From Felis catus (taxonomy: Eukaryota): a stretch of 64,000 nucleotides of DNA. The position numbers were made by a program, and so were the translations under genes. Positions 38,437 to 51,180 of the stretch are shown in pieces. Positions within the stretch are counted from its first letter, which is position 1. Each line of letters begins with the position of its first letter. The notes beneath the pieces are model-generated. The model was not told where the DNA came from. It worked only from the letters and a program-made list of their open reading frames with translations, and did no database searches. Where the stretch lies: assembly GCF_018350175.1 (NCBI RefSeq), contig NC_058368.1, forward strand, positions 24,740,001 through 24,804,000. The letters run 5' to 3'.

Positions 38437-38980
38437 CTAGAAAAAAGAAAAAAAAATGAAACAACTTTTTGGATACTTGTGAACACTCATGTTCAGGGTG
38501 TTATGATTTCATTATAATTGTTCGTCTTTTAATGAATTTGGATTGTCCACGGAACCGTGCCCGTGAAGGGCTCCGTCCGCACTGGCATTCTGCTTCTAGA
38601 GTTCATCTTGATCGCCTTCTGAATGACTGTTCATTCCCACTCCTCTTTTATGTTGACTTTTCTGATCCTTTGGGCTTCCTCATCTGGTTCCCACTACCGC
38701 CATCTGGGTAGAGCACCCAGTTTGACCTTGGCAGACCCTCAAGATCAATACTTCTGTTACCTCTTTCTGGATCGTATATTGAATGTATGCATAGGCAGAA
38801 AGTGATCCTGCCATCCCAACCTGCAAACCCAAGGGGAAAGCAGCCTTTGCTCGCGTGCCTTCTCTCCCCTTTGGTCCACTTGACCCCATTATTACAAAGC
38901 ATGCATTATTTGTGATAGGAAAAAATGTAAATAATCCAAATGCCCATTTTGGACATGTATCATTTTGAACATGGATTTAC

Positions 38981-39670
38981 CTAACAAAGACTGTCTTCGA
39001 GGTTTTCTTGGCAAAATTGGTGTTGGTAGGGCGATGGGACCTGGAAAATTACTAATAGTTAGTACCACCGCAGTATTTTGTTTTAAACGTTCAGACCACT
39101 GTCTTTCTGCTTTAACAGGCACACTTCTTGGTGGAGGGCTCGGCCCTGTTTCACTTAAATCTATCAGAGCCTGCTTAAAAATAAAGGTTTTCTTCTTTGA
39201 TAAAGGTGGATATTCAGAGAGAACTTCCTTGGGTTTGGGAGTAATAACTGGGGAAGGTGCACTTGCAGGTCTGGAGAACTCTGAGGAGAGAATCAGAATG
39301 TCTTTGAACATGTTATCAACATAAATATTTTTTCTTTTTGACACTTCTCGTTTTGATTTTCTTGAAGTTTCCGTTTGGCTTGTTTCTTTCCCAAAAACTC
39401 GACTTGAGGCTGAATGACAGCTTGGAAAAAATATGCAACCAGTAGCAGTGTCTGGAATGTGCCAATAGACCCTGTTAAAATGTTTTCTTGGTATTGAAAT
39501 AGTCGTCACTCTTTCTTGTACATGATGATCAAGAGAGAGATTTTGGACACTGATAGGGGTTTGTGATCGATCTCTTGAAACATCAGGAAAACTAGTTTTC
39601 TTTCTTTCAGTTGAAGTGGTTTCTTCTGGAGTGAACGTCACACGTTTTGGCTTAGCTTTACCAGTCTTGG
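38981..39670 (-). CDS. LRRC63: LRRC63 large coding exon 2 (AKTGKAKPKRV...PTPILPRKPRRQSLL), Pro/Ser/Lys-rich
   Basis: Lies within the 268-aa ORF 38892..39698; poly-T acceptor ...TTTAG|CC, donor TAG|GTAAAT; 690 nt, phase 1-1. Motifs IPDTATG.IFFP and LPTP.LPRKP.RQS match recalled LRRC63. Confidence 0.93.
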
Positions 39671-41992
39671 CTAAATCAGAAAAAAAAAAAAAAGGCACAA
39701 TTAGTTTATATTTATCAAGGTACCAGGGACAAAATTTAATGTCTTAAAGTTCATACTCACCCCTCTTTCACCTTCTAAAAATTTCTGCATATACCTGCTC
39801 AGCTATGAGGACTTTTGTTTAACTGACTGGGGTAAAAGTTTGAGTAAACAAATGGAAACGAGAAAAGACTAAATTGTATTAGATTTAGAAAGGGTAGGGA
39901 GAGACTCTTGGAAGAACAGAATTGATAGAAGAAAGGGTATAAAGGTAATTTTTTGACCAGTTGCTACTAAAACTGGAAATAAAATGGGTAAAAATTATTT
40001 TGATGAAGTTTTGTTATTTATCATTTCTCGTTAGCTCTTCCTCTTTGAAACTTCCTTGAGCAAAGACTCACAATTCTTTTCAACGCCAAATGTCAGACCA
40101 ATGTGTCTTTTGAAACGATAACATCCTGATGCTGGGTACAAAATACGACAAGTTCAGTTAGGTTAAAAGGTAAATGTTCTTTTCTCTCCTAGGTCCAGAA
40201 AACATACAATGGTTCTTCGGTACCTCACCACACCAAATATACTTTCTCTTTCCTATGGGACAGAATGTCAAATGACTCTTTCCCATTGTCTCAGTTGAGT
40301 ACTAAATGATGAAGACTTCTACCTTCTAAAGAAGAGATAATAGATTCTTTAAGGCAAGGCTTGCAAAGAGACGCCAAAACAAATCCAGGTCTCATCCATC
40401 TGCTGTCTACACATAAGAGATGGCTGGAGTCTGACCTGAGTTCAGAGAGAGGAATTCTCCTGGATAGAGTTATTGGAGTGCTATGTGTTTCCTCAATCTT
40501 CCCCCTCCTTGTGGTGGGTGGAAGAGGATGATTTTTCCCCAACCTCAAACAATGTGACCAGAATTCTCAGAGAACCATTTAGAGAGCAGGAATGTATGCC
40601 AGGAGGAGAAAATAACATATCATTCCTCTACTCACCTCCCCCACTAATACTTACAGAGTAGCAAAAAGGGATCAGCCCACCGAGTCCTGGGTTCCAATTG
40701 GAGCAAGGCAAGAGTATCCTTGAAACTCCTTGACCTGTATCTCCTGGCATTTCAGGGGGTACAGAGACTGACGCCTAGTTTTTAACTCTCCTTAACTCTT
40801 CTCCATCCCTAGCCCCACTTATGGAGGAGCAGAAACCATAAGTTGGGGGAAAGAAGTAAAGAACCAGGTGGAAGACCTTGTCACGCCCCTGTCTCCTCTG
40901 GTGTGTCTAAAAATTTGCAGACCTAGTCTGAGCTGGGGGAAGGGGCAGACCAGATAAAAGTAATGATTCAGATTGAAATATTCGTTTAATATCTGAAAAG
41001 GAAACAAGGCTAAGAGGTGAAGTTGACTAGAAAAGCCTTGGAGGAAAGCTGTGTGTCCTGGGTGAGTTTGAAGGGCACTAGTGGGAGAATAAGAACGTTT
41101 GCTTCCTGCTTGTATGGCACTAATAAAAACTAGCTTATTCAAGAAAAATGGTCACACCATCATTCAACTTTTTTCCCTCTCTCCCATATTAAAACAAAAC
41201 ATAATAACTCAAGCAAAATCCTCAACAAACTCCAGAACTCCTTCCAACCATCACAGTCTCACCATATTTATCCTTCTGGAGTGTGAAGTAACTGACCCTC
41301 AGTTTGATGTCTTCTCCTCTCTGTTCTGTTTGCTGTTTCACTTTATTTAGTCTGTAACTTTTAATTAATAGTCTTTCTTTTTAGAACAATTTTAGATATG
41401 AAAATACTTGAGCAAGATTACAATTCCTATATATTCCCCCCTACAATTTTATCTATTATTAACATCCTGATTGGTGAGTACATTTATTATAATTGATGAA
41501 CCAATGTTGACATACAATTAATTCAAGTCCATACTTGACATTAGGTTCATTCTCTGTGTTGTACATTTCCATAGATTTGGACAAATGTGTAATGCCATGC
41601 ATCCACTATTACAGTATCATAAAAAATAATTTTACCACCTTAAAATTCCCCTGTGCCTCACCTATTCAACACTTCTCTCTCTAAACAAATTTCTGGCAAC
41701 CCCTGATTTTTTAGTTTTTACCGTGTTATTGTTTTGCCTTTTCCAAAATACTACAGTGGTTGGAATCATGCAGTATGTAGCCTTGAATAAATAAGAGGGG
41801 TTTGTTTTGCTCTTCTCCAGAATTTGGTGGTGTCAGTGTTGTGTATTTTAACTATTCTAAGAGGTATGCAGTGGGGTATCTCATTGTTGGTTTAATTTTC
41901 AGTCTCTAATGACAAATGCAAATATTAAGCATTTTTTATCTTTTTTTCTTAATTTCTTTCTTTTTTCGGCGTTAAGCATTTTTTCTTAAAAA

Positions 41993-42537
41993 AATTTTTT
42001 TAAACATTTTTATTCATTTTTGAGAGACAGAGAGAGACAGAACACTAGCGGGTTAAGGGCAGAGAGAGAGGGAGACACAGAATCTGAAGCAGACTCCAGG
42101 CTCTGAGCTGTCATCACAGAGCTTGACGCAGGGCTCGAACCCAAGAACTGTGAGATCATGACCTGAGCCTTAGTTGGACACTCAACCGACCGAGCCACCC
42201 AGGCGCCCCCCTCCTTTTTAAAAAAAGAACATTTTTTAACGTTTAGTGTTAAGCATGTTTTCCTATGGTTATTTGCTTTCTGGATATCTTCAGTGAAGTG
42301 ACATTTCAGATATTTAGCTCACTTTTATTATTATTATTGTTATTATTATTTATTATTATTATTATTATTTTAGAGAGAGAGTGTGTGTGTGCACACAAGC
42401 AGGGGAGAGGGGCAGAGGAAGAAAGATAGAATCCCAAGCAGGCTTCACACTCAGTGGGGCTCCATCCCAAGAACCCAGGATCATGACCTGAGCTGAGATC
42501 AAGAGTCACTCAACCGACTGAGCCACCCAGGTGCCCC
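41993..42537 (-). mobile_element. Two CAN-SINEs (41993-42209; 42325-42537 with a (TTA)n tail)
   Basis: SINE bodies. Confidence 0.88.
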
Positions 42538-43542
42538 TAGACCACTTTTTAATTAGATTCTTTTCTTATTATTTAATTTAAGAGATCATTAATTTGGGAT
42601 AGAAAGTCCTGTATCAGATATGTGTTTTGTAAATATTTTCTGCCAGTGTGTGTCTTGTCTTCTTATTCTTTTAACAATGTCTTTCACAGAGTAGAAGTTT
42701 TTAATTTTAATGAAGTTCAACTTACCAATTTTTTATTTCATGGGTTGTTCGTTTTTATTATTGTATTGTTTTATTTCTATTTAATGCATAAAGGAGTGTT
42801 CCAAAAGAAACAGATGGAAATATAAACCTGATAAATCTTCAGTTTCATGGACTGTTCCTTTGGTGTCATATCTAAAAAGTCATTGCCAAATCCATGGTCA
42901 CCTAGACTTTCTCCTGTGTTATATTCTAGGCGTTTTAGTGTTTTGCATTTGTACATTTAGGTCTATGCTTATTTTGTGTTTATTTTTGTGAAAGGTATAA
43001 GGTCTGGTCTAGATTAATTTTTTTTTTTTTTTTTGAGTGTTGATACCTAGTTAATTTGTTCCCGGACCATTAACTGAAAAGACTATACCTTTGTTCTTTG
43101 TTCTTTTGTCAAAGATCAGTTGACTATATTTGTGTATATCTATTTCTTGGCTCTCTGTTTTCATCCATTGATCTATTTGTCCTTTATTTTGCCAATACAA
43201 CACTGTATTACTTTAAAGTCTTGAAATTGAGTGGTGACAATTTTACTTCCTTCCTCTTCTTCAGTATTGTATTTGGTATTGTGTTTTTCCTTTACATATA
43301 AACTTTAGAATAATTTTGTCAATACACACTAAACAACTTGCTGGTATTTTGGCTGAGATTTCTTTGAATCTGTAGATCAGGTTTAACAATATTGAATCTT
43401 CCTATTCATGAAGATGAAATACCTTTCCATTTATTTATATATTTTTTATTTCTTTTATCACAATTTGGTAGTTTTATGCATATAAATCCTATAATACATT
43501 ATTAGCTTTATGCCTAAATTAATTCTAGTGTATTTAAAAAAA

Positions 43543-43754
43543 TTTTTTTAGTGTTTTTATTTATTTTTGAGACAGAGAGAGACAGAGCATGAGCAGGGGA
43601 GAGGCCGAGAGAGAGGAAGACACAGAATCTGAAGCAGGCTCCAGACTCTGAGCTGCCAGCATAGAGCCCGACGCGGGGCTCAAACTCACGGACTGTGATA
43701 TCATGACCTGAGCCGGAGTTGGATGCTTAACCAACTGAGCCACCCAGGCGCCCC
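43543..43754 (-). mobile_element. CAN-SINE
   Basis: SINE body ending CCCAGGCGCCCC. Confidence 0.92.
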
Positions 43755-44654
43755 AATTGTAGTGTGTTTTGATACTAAAGTAAGTTGTAGTGTTTTGAAT
43801 TTCATATTCTAACTGTTGCTGGTATATAGGAAAGCAATTGATTTGGGTATATTAATCTTGTATCTTGTAACATTGCTATAACTGTTTTTTATTTCCAAGA
43901 GTTCTTTTGTTGATTCTTTGGGATTTTCTACATAGAATAAAGATAGTTTTATTTCTTTCTTCTCAACTTGTACGGCTTTTATTTCATTTTCTTGTCCTAT
44001 TGCATTAGCTAGGATTTTTTAGTACAATTGCTGAATAGCAGTGGTGAGAGGGGACATCCTTTGTCATTTTAGGGGGAAAGCATCTAGTTTCTCACCATTA
44101 AAGATGTTGTTAGCTGTGGGATTTGGGGTAGATCTTCTTTATCAAGTTGAGAAAGTTCTCATCTATTCTTAGTTTGCTGAGAATTACTTCATGAAGGCAT
44201 GCTGGATTTTGACAGATGGATTTTCTATATCTACTGATGTGATCATGTGATTTTTCTTCTTTAGGCTATTTATATGATGGGTGACATTAACTGATTTTTG
44301 AGTGTTGAACCAGTCTTGCATATCTAGAATAAATTCCACTTGGTCATGATGTGTAATTATTTTTATACATTGTTGAATTCAATTTGCTAAAATTTTGTGG
44401 AGGATTTTGGCACTTATGTTCATGGGTGATATTTATATGTAGTTTTCTTGTAAGTTCTTTGTCCGGTGTTGGTATTAGGGTATACTGCTCTCACCAAATG
44501 ACTTAGGAAGTGTTCTGTCTGCATCTATCTTCTGGAATAGTTTGTAGAGAATGGATATCATTTACTCTTTAAATGTTTGGTAGAATTCACCAGTGACTCT
44601 ATCTGGGCCTGGTGCTTTCTATTTTGCGAAGTTATTAATTACTGATTCAATTTC

Positions 44655-44885
44655 TTTTTTTTTTTTTTAATTTTATTTTCCAACGTTTTTTATTTATTTT
44701 TGGGACAGAGAGAGACAGAGCATGAACGGGGGAGGGCAGAGAGAGAGGGAGACACAGAATCGGAAACAGGCTCCAGGCTCTGAGCCATCAGCCCAGAGCC
44801 CGACATGGGGCTAGAACTCACAGACCGCGAGATCGTGACCTGGCTGAAGTCGGACGCTTAACCGACTGCGCCACCCAGGCGCCCC
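44655..44885 (-). mobile_element. Young cat-type CAN-SINE
   Basis: TSD TGATTCAATTTCTT; near identical to the 11815 and 12844 copies. Confidence 0.95.
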
Positions 44886-46159
44886 TGATTCAATTTCTTA
44901 AACTAGGCCTATACAAGCCTATAAAGTAATAAATTATTTATAAATATAAACATTATTTATAGCAGGTTATATATTTTACTTTGTGTGAGTTTTGGTAGTT
45001 TATGTCTTTGAAAGAATCTGTCCCTTTTATCTGTTACCAAATGTATGGACCTAGAGTTGTTCATAATATTTCTTTACCTTTTTTTTTTTAATGTCCATAG
45101 ACTCAGAAGCAATGAACCCTCTTTCATCTCTGATAGCAGTAATTTATTTCTTCTCTCTTTTTTCTTAGATAGCCTTGTTAGAGTTTTATCAATTTTATTA
45201 ATCTTTCCATAGAACTAGCTTTTGGTTTTGTTGATTTTCTCAACTGATTTTCTTTTTTCAACTTATTTCTGCTCTAATTATTATTTATTTTCTTCTGCTT
45301 GCACTAGGTTTATATTCTTCTCCTTTTTCTAGTTTCCTAAAGTAAAAGTTTAAAGTATTTGTTTTAGATTAATCTTCTTTTTCTAAAATATGCATTCAAG
45401 GCTCTACATACCTTTTAAGCCCTATTGTTTTACACTGCATATTTTGATAGGCTGTAATTTTATTTCCATTTAGTTAAAAAACATTGTAAAATATCTCTGT
45501 GACTTCTCTGACCCATGTGCTATTTAAGTGTGTTGTTTAATCTCCAAATATTTTTGGATTTCCACATATCTTTCTGTTACTGATTTTTAGTTTAATTCCA
45601 TTGTGTTCTGAGAACAAACACTGTAGAATATCTGTGTTTTTTTTTTAAGTGTGTTTTATGGCCCAGAATGTGGTCTAGCTTGATGAGTGTCTTATGTGAG
45701 GGAGAAGAATATTTTCTGCTGTGGTTGGATGAAGTGCTCTATAAATGTCAATTAGATCCTGTCAATTGTTGGTACTATTTGGTTCAACTATATCCTTACT
45801 AATTTTCTGCCTGCTAGATCTGTTAATTACTGATAAGGGGTGTGGAACTCTCCAACTATAACAATGGATTTATCTATTTCTCCTAACAACTCTAGCAGTT
45901 TTTGCCTGAAATATTTTGCCTCTCTCTCTTTCAGGTGCCTGTCAGTTAAAGACTGTTGTCTTTTTAAAGAATTGACTCCTTTATAAGTAAATATTGCTCC
46001 TATTTTCCCCCAATAACTTTTCTTGTTCTGAAATCTGCTCTGTCTGAAATTAATATAGCTACTATATATTTTTTTGATTAGTGTTAGTGTGGTATGTCTT
46101 TCTCTACACCTTTACTTTTAACCTCTCTGTGTTTTTATATTTCAAGTAAGTTTCTTGTA

Positions 46160-46375
46160 GGGGTGCCTGGGTGGCTCATTTGGTTAAGTGTCTGACTCTT
46201 GGTTTTGACTCAGTTCATGATCTCATGGTTCGTGAGTCTGAGCCCCAAGTCAGACTCTGCACTGAGAGCATGGAGCCTGCTTCGAATTCTCTCTCTCTCT
46301 CTCTCTCTCTCTGCCCCTCACCCACTTGCATGCTCTCTCTCTCTCTCTCAAAATAAACAAATAATTTATTAAAAA
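46160..46375 (+). mobile_element. CAN-SINE
   Basis: SINE head, (CT)n tract, tail. Confidence 0.9.
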
Positions 46376-46439
46376 GTGAGTCTCTCATAGACAACATATA
46401 GTTGGGTCTTGTTTTTTATCTGCTATAACAGTTTGTTTT

Positions 46440-46443
46440 ATAT

Positions 46444-46474
<31 letters not shown>

Positions 46475-46730
46475 TTTGATGTATTTATGTATGTATTTAT
46501 TTATTTATATAATTTATTGTCAAGTTGGGTAACATACAGGGTATACAGCGTGCTTTTGGTTTTGGGAGTAGATTCCCGTGATTCATCGCTCACATACAAC
46601 ACCCAGTGCTCATCCCAACAAGTGCCCTCCTCAGTGCCCATCACCCATCTTCCCCGCTGCCCCATCCCCCCATCAACCCTCAGTTCGTTCTCTGTATTTA
46701 AGAGTCTCCTCTGGTTTGCCTCTCTCTCTC
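46440..46730 (-). mobile_element. 5'-truncated carnivore L1 3' end with an (ATTT)n tail
   Basis: TACAACACCCAGTGCTCATCCCAACAAGTGCCCTCCT is a carnivore L1 3'UTR hallmark. Confidence 0.88.
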
Positions 46731-46974
46731 TAATAGGTTGTTTTGTTATATGCAAAATATGTATACTGCACCGCTGCTTTTTTTTTTAATATTCTCTTCC
46801 TTTTTATCTTTTTCTGGTTTTAGTTGAGCATTTTACAAGCATTCAGTTTCTCTCCTTCAGTTTCTCAGCTTCTCTCTTCTCTTAGCATATCAATTATGCT
46901 TCTTTTACAAAAAATGTTAAGTGGTTTCCCTGAAGTTTATACTATACATTTACAGTTAACCTAAGTCTATTTTC

Positions 46975-47138
46975 TTTTTTTTTTAATTGGCATGTACTTT
47001 ATTGATTGGAATCAAAACTGTAAATTACAACTATCTTGCTATGCAAAAAACCAAGACAACTCAAGTCTGATGTGCGGCATTTAGAAAGGATATTTAATTC
47101 ATAATAAAAAGTTTCTTTTATTATCCTTTCAATAATCG
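46975..47138 (-). pseudogene. Short retrocopy of a polyadenylated RNA 3' end (source unidentified)
   Basis: Poly-A tail at 46975-46984, AATAAA 13 nt upstream (46998-47003), flanking TSD AAGTCTA(T/C)TTTC; sequence not recognised as L1 or SINE. Confidence 0.6.
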
Positions 47139-47618
47139 AAGTCTACTTTCTTTTCTTTTTTTTTTTTAACTTTAATTCCAGTCATTTAACCTACAGTGTT
47201 ATAATAGTTTCAGGTGTGCAATGTAGTAATTCAACACTTCCATACCCTAAGTCTGCTTTCAAATAATAGGATGCCACTTAACAGGTATTGTGGGTGTCTT
47301 TTAACAGAGTATTCCCAAGACCTCTCTCCCATTCTTTATAGTGTTGCTGCCTTTCATTTCATTTATCCTTATGCTGTAATCACCTAATACACTGTGGCTA
47401 TTATTCATTCAAATAGTTATTAGATCAAGGAAGAATAAGACAAATAAATTTTTATTTCACTCCAGTTTTCCTTCTCTGATACTCCTCCTTTCTTTAGGTA
47501 GATCTGAGTTTTGGATCAATATCATTTTTCTTCTTTTAACACAAAAGAACTTCTAAAAAGTTCTAGTGGCCACAAATACCCACAGTTTTTGTCTGAGGAA
47601 GTCTATATTTCTCCTTCA

Positions 47619-47673
47619 TTTTTTTTTTTTTAAGAGAGAGAGAGAGCATGAGGTGGGAAGAGGAGCAGAGGGG

Positions 47674-47729
<56 letters not shown>

Positions 47730-47842
47730 CAAGCACACTTCATGCTCAGCATGGAGCCCCCAGGCAGGGCTGGGTCCCACGGTCCCAGTGGGATCGTGAC
47801 CTGAACCGAAATCAAGAGTCAGCCGAGTCACCCAGGTGCCCC
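47619..47842 (-). mobile_element. CAN-SINE with long (GA)n
   Basis: Diverged SINE body. Confidence 0.85.
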
Positions 47843-48964
47843 TCTCCGTTTTTGAAGGATAATTTCACTTGAATACAGATTCTACTTTGGTGGAGTTTTT
47901 TTTTTTCTTTCAACACTTTTAACTTTTTCATTTTATTCTTTTCTTACTTGCATGGTTTCTGACAAGAAATCCAATGTGATTCTGAATCCTTTTTCTCTGT
48001 AGGGATTTCCCCCCCCCTCCCCCTGCCCCACCTCCTTTCAAGAGTTTCCCTCTGTCTTTAGTGTTCTGCAGTTTAAATAAGATATGACTAAGTGCATTTT
48101 TAAAATATATTTATCCTGGTAGATGTTCCCTGAGCTTCCCGGATTTGTGGTCTGGTCTGTCATTAATTTTGGCAAATTCTCAGCCACTGTTACTTCAAAC
48201 ATCTCTTCTGCTCTCACGGCTGTTTTGTCTCCTCTCGTATTTCCATTACCCGTAGGTCCTGTCTTTTGTTATTTTCCCACAGGTTTTTTGGTATTCTTTT
48301 TTGTTATTTTGTTTATTCTTTTTACTCCTCGCATTTGAGTTTGAGAATTTTCACCTGGCCTGTTGTCAAACTCACAGATCCTTTTCTCAGTCGTGTCCAG
48401 GCTCCTGATGAGCCCATTAAAGGCACTGTTTATTTCCATTGCAGTAATTTTTACTTCTAGCATTTCCCTTGATTCTTCCATAGTTTCCACATCCCTGCTT
48501 ACATTATTCTGTTCTTGCATGCTGTCTACTTTTTCCATCAAGGTTCTTCATATATCAATCAGTTATTTTCAATTTGCTGTCTGATAGTTTCAGTTACTGT
48601 GTCCTATCTGAGTGTGGTTCTAAATGCTTCCTTTTTCTCTTCAGACTGTGTTCTTTTCTAATCTTTAAGCATGAGTTGTAATTCTTTTGCCAAAAGCTGA
48701 GCATGATGTACTGGGGAATGGGAATGGAGGTGACTGTAGCTGTTGGTGTCAGACATTTAAGTTTCTTCTAGTTTTCTTGTTTTTCTTTTTTCCTCCTTTT
48801 TTGTCTCTGTGCTTCCCTACAGATGCCTTCTTAAATAAAGTCTGCATCTTAAAGCTCTTTCAGTTGTAATCCCCTCTTTTTATATTAGAACCCTACTGAT
48901 GTAGTGATAAGGTATTAGGGAAAGGAATTATTGTATATTCTTATTATAAAAAATCTCATGTATT

Positions 48965-49419
48965 TATTTTTATTAATTTATTTTTTATTATTTTTTAATG
49001 CTTATTCATTATTGAGAGACAGAGAAAGACAGAACTCAAGCACAGGAGGGGCAGAGAGAGGGGGAGACAAAGAATCCAAAGCAGGCTCCAGGCTCTGAGC
49101 TGTCAGCACAGAGCCCGATGTGGAGCTCGAACTCACAAACGGCGAGAGCATGACCTGAGCCAAAGTTGGACGCTTAACTGACTGAGCCACCCAGGCGCCC
49201 CATTTATTTTTATTTATTTTAATGTTTATTTATTTTTGAGAGAGACAGAGCGATAGCGGGGGAGGGGCAGAGAAAGAGAAGGAGACACAGAATCCAAAGC
49301 AGGCTGCAGGCTCTGAGCTGTCAGCACAGAGCCCGACATGAGGCTCGAACTCACTAACCGTGAGCTCATGACCCGAGACAAAGTCAGACGCTTAACAGAC
49401 TGAGCCACCCAGGCGCCCC
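48965..49419 (-). mobile_element. Two tandem CAN-SINEs
   Basis: Two bodies ending CCCAGGCGCCCC at 49201 and 49419. Confidence 0.92.
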
Positions 49420-50527
49420 TCATATATATATTTATTATATAAAAATCTCGGGGTTTTAGTGGGCCTGAATCCCTGGGTTGTGGCTTTCAGAATGTTTCTT
49501 AGCTTTTTCTTCCCCTTACATGACACAGAAAGGCTACAGGGGGAGAGGGTTATCTAACTTGACCTTACCCCAGGTCAGATAAGGGTCTGGTGATGTAGTT
49601 TTCTTTAGAGGGCAGAAGCATGCTCTGGGAGTGTTTCAGTGGTTACTTTCTCCCTCATACTGGGGAAAAGATGAACAAATTTTTCTCTGCTCTTCATGAG
49701 AATCTTGTGGGGCTCCTGGAGTTAAAACCCATGGCAGTGTGGAGGCTCCCCTAAGACCAGACCCTAGGAGTTTTTAACTCTTAAGCTAGTCCACACTCAA
49801 CCTCCAGCAATTTGTCAAAATTAGCATTTAACTGTTCCTACCACTTACTGGCTTAAGTATCTTCTGATCCCAATAAACCAATCTCAGCTGAGATTCTCTA
49901 TAGCTGCCTGTCTCTCCAGATTTCAGGATGCTGGTTTGCTCTGTGACTCGAATTTTCTGATGGATCTAAGAAAGTCACCAATTATCAGTTTATTTACTTT
50001 TCCCCCTTATGAGGATATGAGTGATCGCTTTCAATCTCTTTACATTTTGAGGCTGACACTGAAAGTTTCCTCCTATTTACGCTTCAAACCATTACGACCT
50101 GGAATTTTCCACCTCTACTACCAAAGCTGTTATCACAAAGTGATCATTGATATCTTGTTGCTAAACCTAATGGGTACACATTATTATTTACCTTTATGTG
50201 ACCTCCTCTTGGCATTCGATACTTTAATCCACCCTATTCTCCATGAAATTCACTCTTTCCTTGGCTCTCATGAGAGCCATTTTTCCATTCCTACCACCTG
50301 CCCATTTATCTTCTCTACGCAAACCTTTCTCTTTCTCAACTTACCATTTTGTACTTCCAAAGATTCTATCATTATCCCTCCCCCAATTGTAACTAATTTT
50401 CCATCTACAGTAATAATTCTAAATCTGGGTCTGGAAGCCCTAAGCACCTCAAACTTGTCATGTCTACACCAAAGTCATCAGCACTTTCTGTCCTCCTTTA
50501 TCTCATAGAGATACAGCTGTTATTTAG

Positions 50528-50528
<1 letters not shown>

Positions 50529-50569
<41 letters not shown>
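50529..50569. repeat. (CA)n microsatellite
   Basis: Read directly. Confidence 0.95.
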
Positions 50570-50571
<2 letters not shown>

Positions 50572-50588
50572 GAATCCTAGATTCCTCT

Positions 50589-50891
50589 TGTATTAGTTTC
50601 CTCTAGCTGCTGTAACAAATAACCACAAACTTCATGGCATAAAACAACAGAAATTTATTCTCTCACAGCTCTGGAGGCCAGAAGTCCAAAGTTATATAAC
50701 TGAGCCAAAAATCAAGGTATCAGCAGGGCCCTGTTCTGTCTGGACTCCCCTGTAGAGAATCCATTCCTTGCCTCTTGCAGCTTCTGGTGGCTGCCAGCAC
50801 GCCATGGCTTGTGGCCACATCACTCCTATCTTCAAGGCCAGCACCTTCAAATCTCTCTTTGATCCATCTTCGTATCATAGTCTTCTCTCTG

Positions 50892-50935
<44 letters not shown>

Positions 50936-51180
50936 CTCTGCTTCTCTCTTATAAGGATACATGTGACTGCATTTTGGGCCCACCCGAATAATCCAAAATA
51001 ATCTTTCATCACAAGAGCCTTAACTTGATCATATTTGGAACCCCATATAACATTTTCTTTTCTTTCTCTCTCTCTCTTTTTTTTTTTTTTTTTTTTTTTT
51101 TGCCATAGAAGATAACATTACAGGTTCGAGAAGTTAGGATGCTGATATCTTTCGTGGGGTTATTTTTCCGTCTGCCATAC
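50589..51180 (-). mobile_element. MaLR LTR (MLT1C/D-like) containing a (TG)n tract
   Basis: TGTATTAGTTTCCT..GCTGCTGTAACAAAT.ACCACAAACTT; ATTCTCTCACAG.TCTGGAGGCCAGAAGTCCAA. Confidence 0.88.

Larger units (their letters stand above)
41370..49990 (-). mobile_element. Long old L1 (L1M-type), near full length, fragmented by about 8 SINEs and younger insertions
   Basis: 3' end near 41370; continuous ORF2-like antisense sequence; ORF1-like peptide 48269..48541 (MEINSAFNGLIRSLDTTEKRICEF); 5'UTR-like region to ~49990. Confidence 0.8.

Noticed and set aside
38892..38980. ORF extensions beyond LRRC63 splice sites (also 19194-19306, 25378-25476, 35694-35771)
   Set aside because: Intronic read-through of exon frames; canonical splice sites and phase continuity define the true boundaries.
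49936..50508. 190-aa ORF on the + strand
   Set aside because: Pyrimidine-rich decayed repeat-like sequence, TTG start, no homology recognised.
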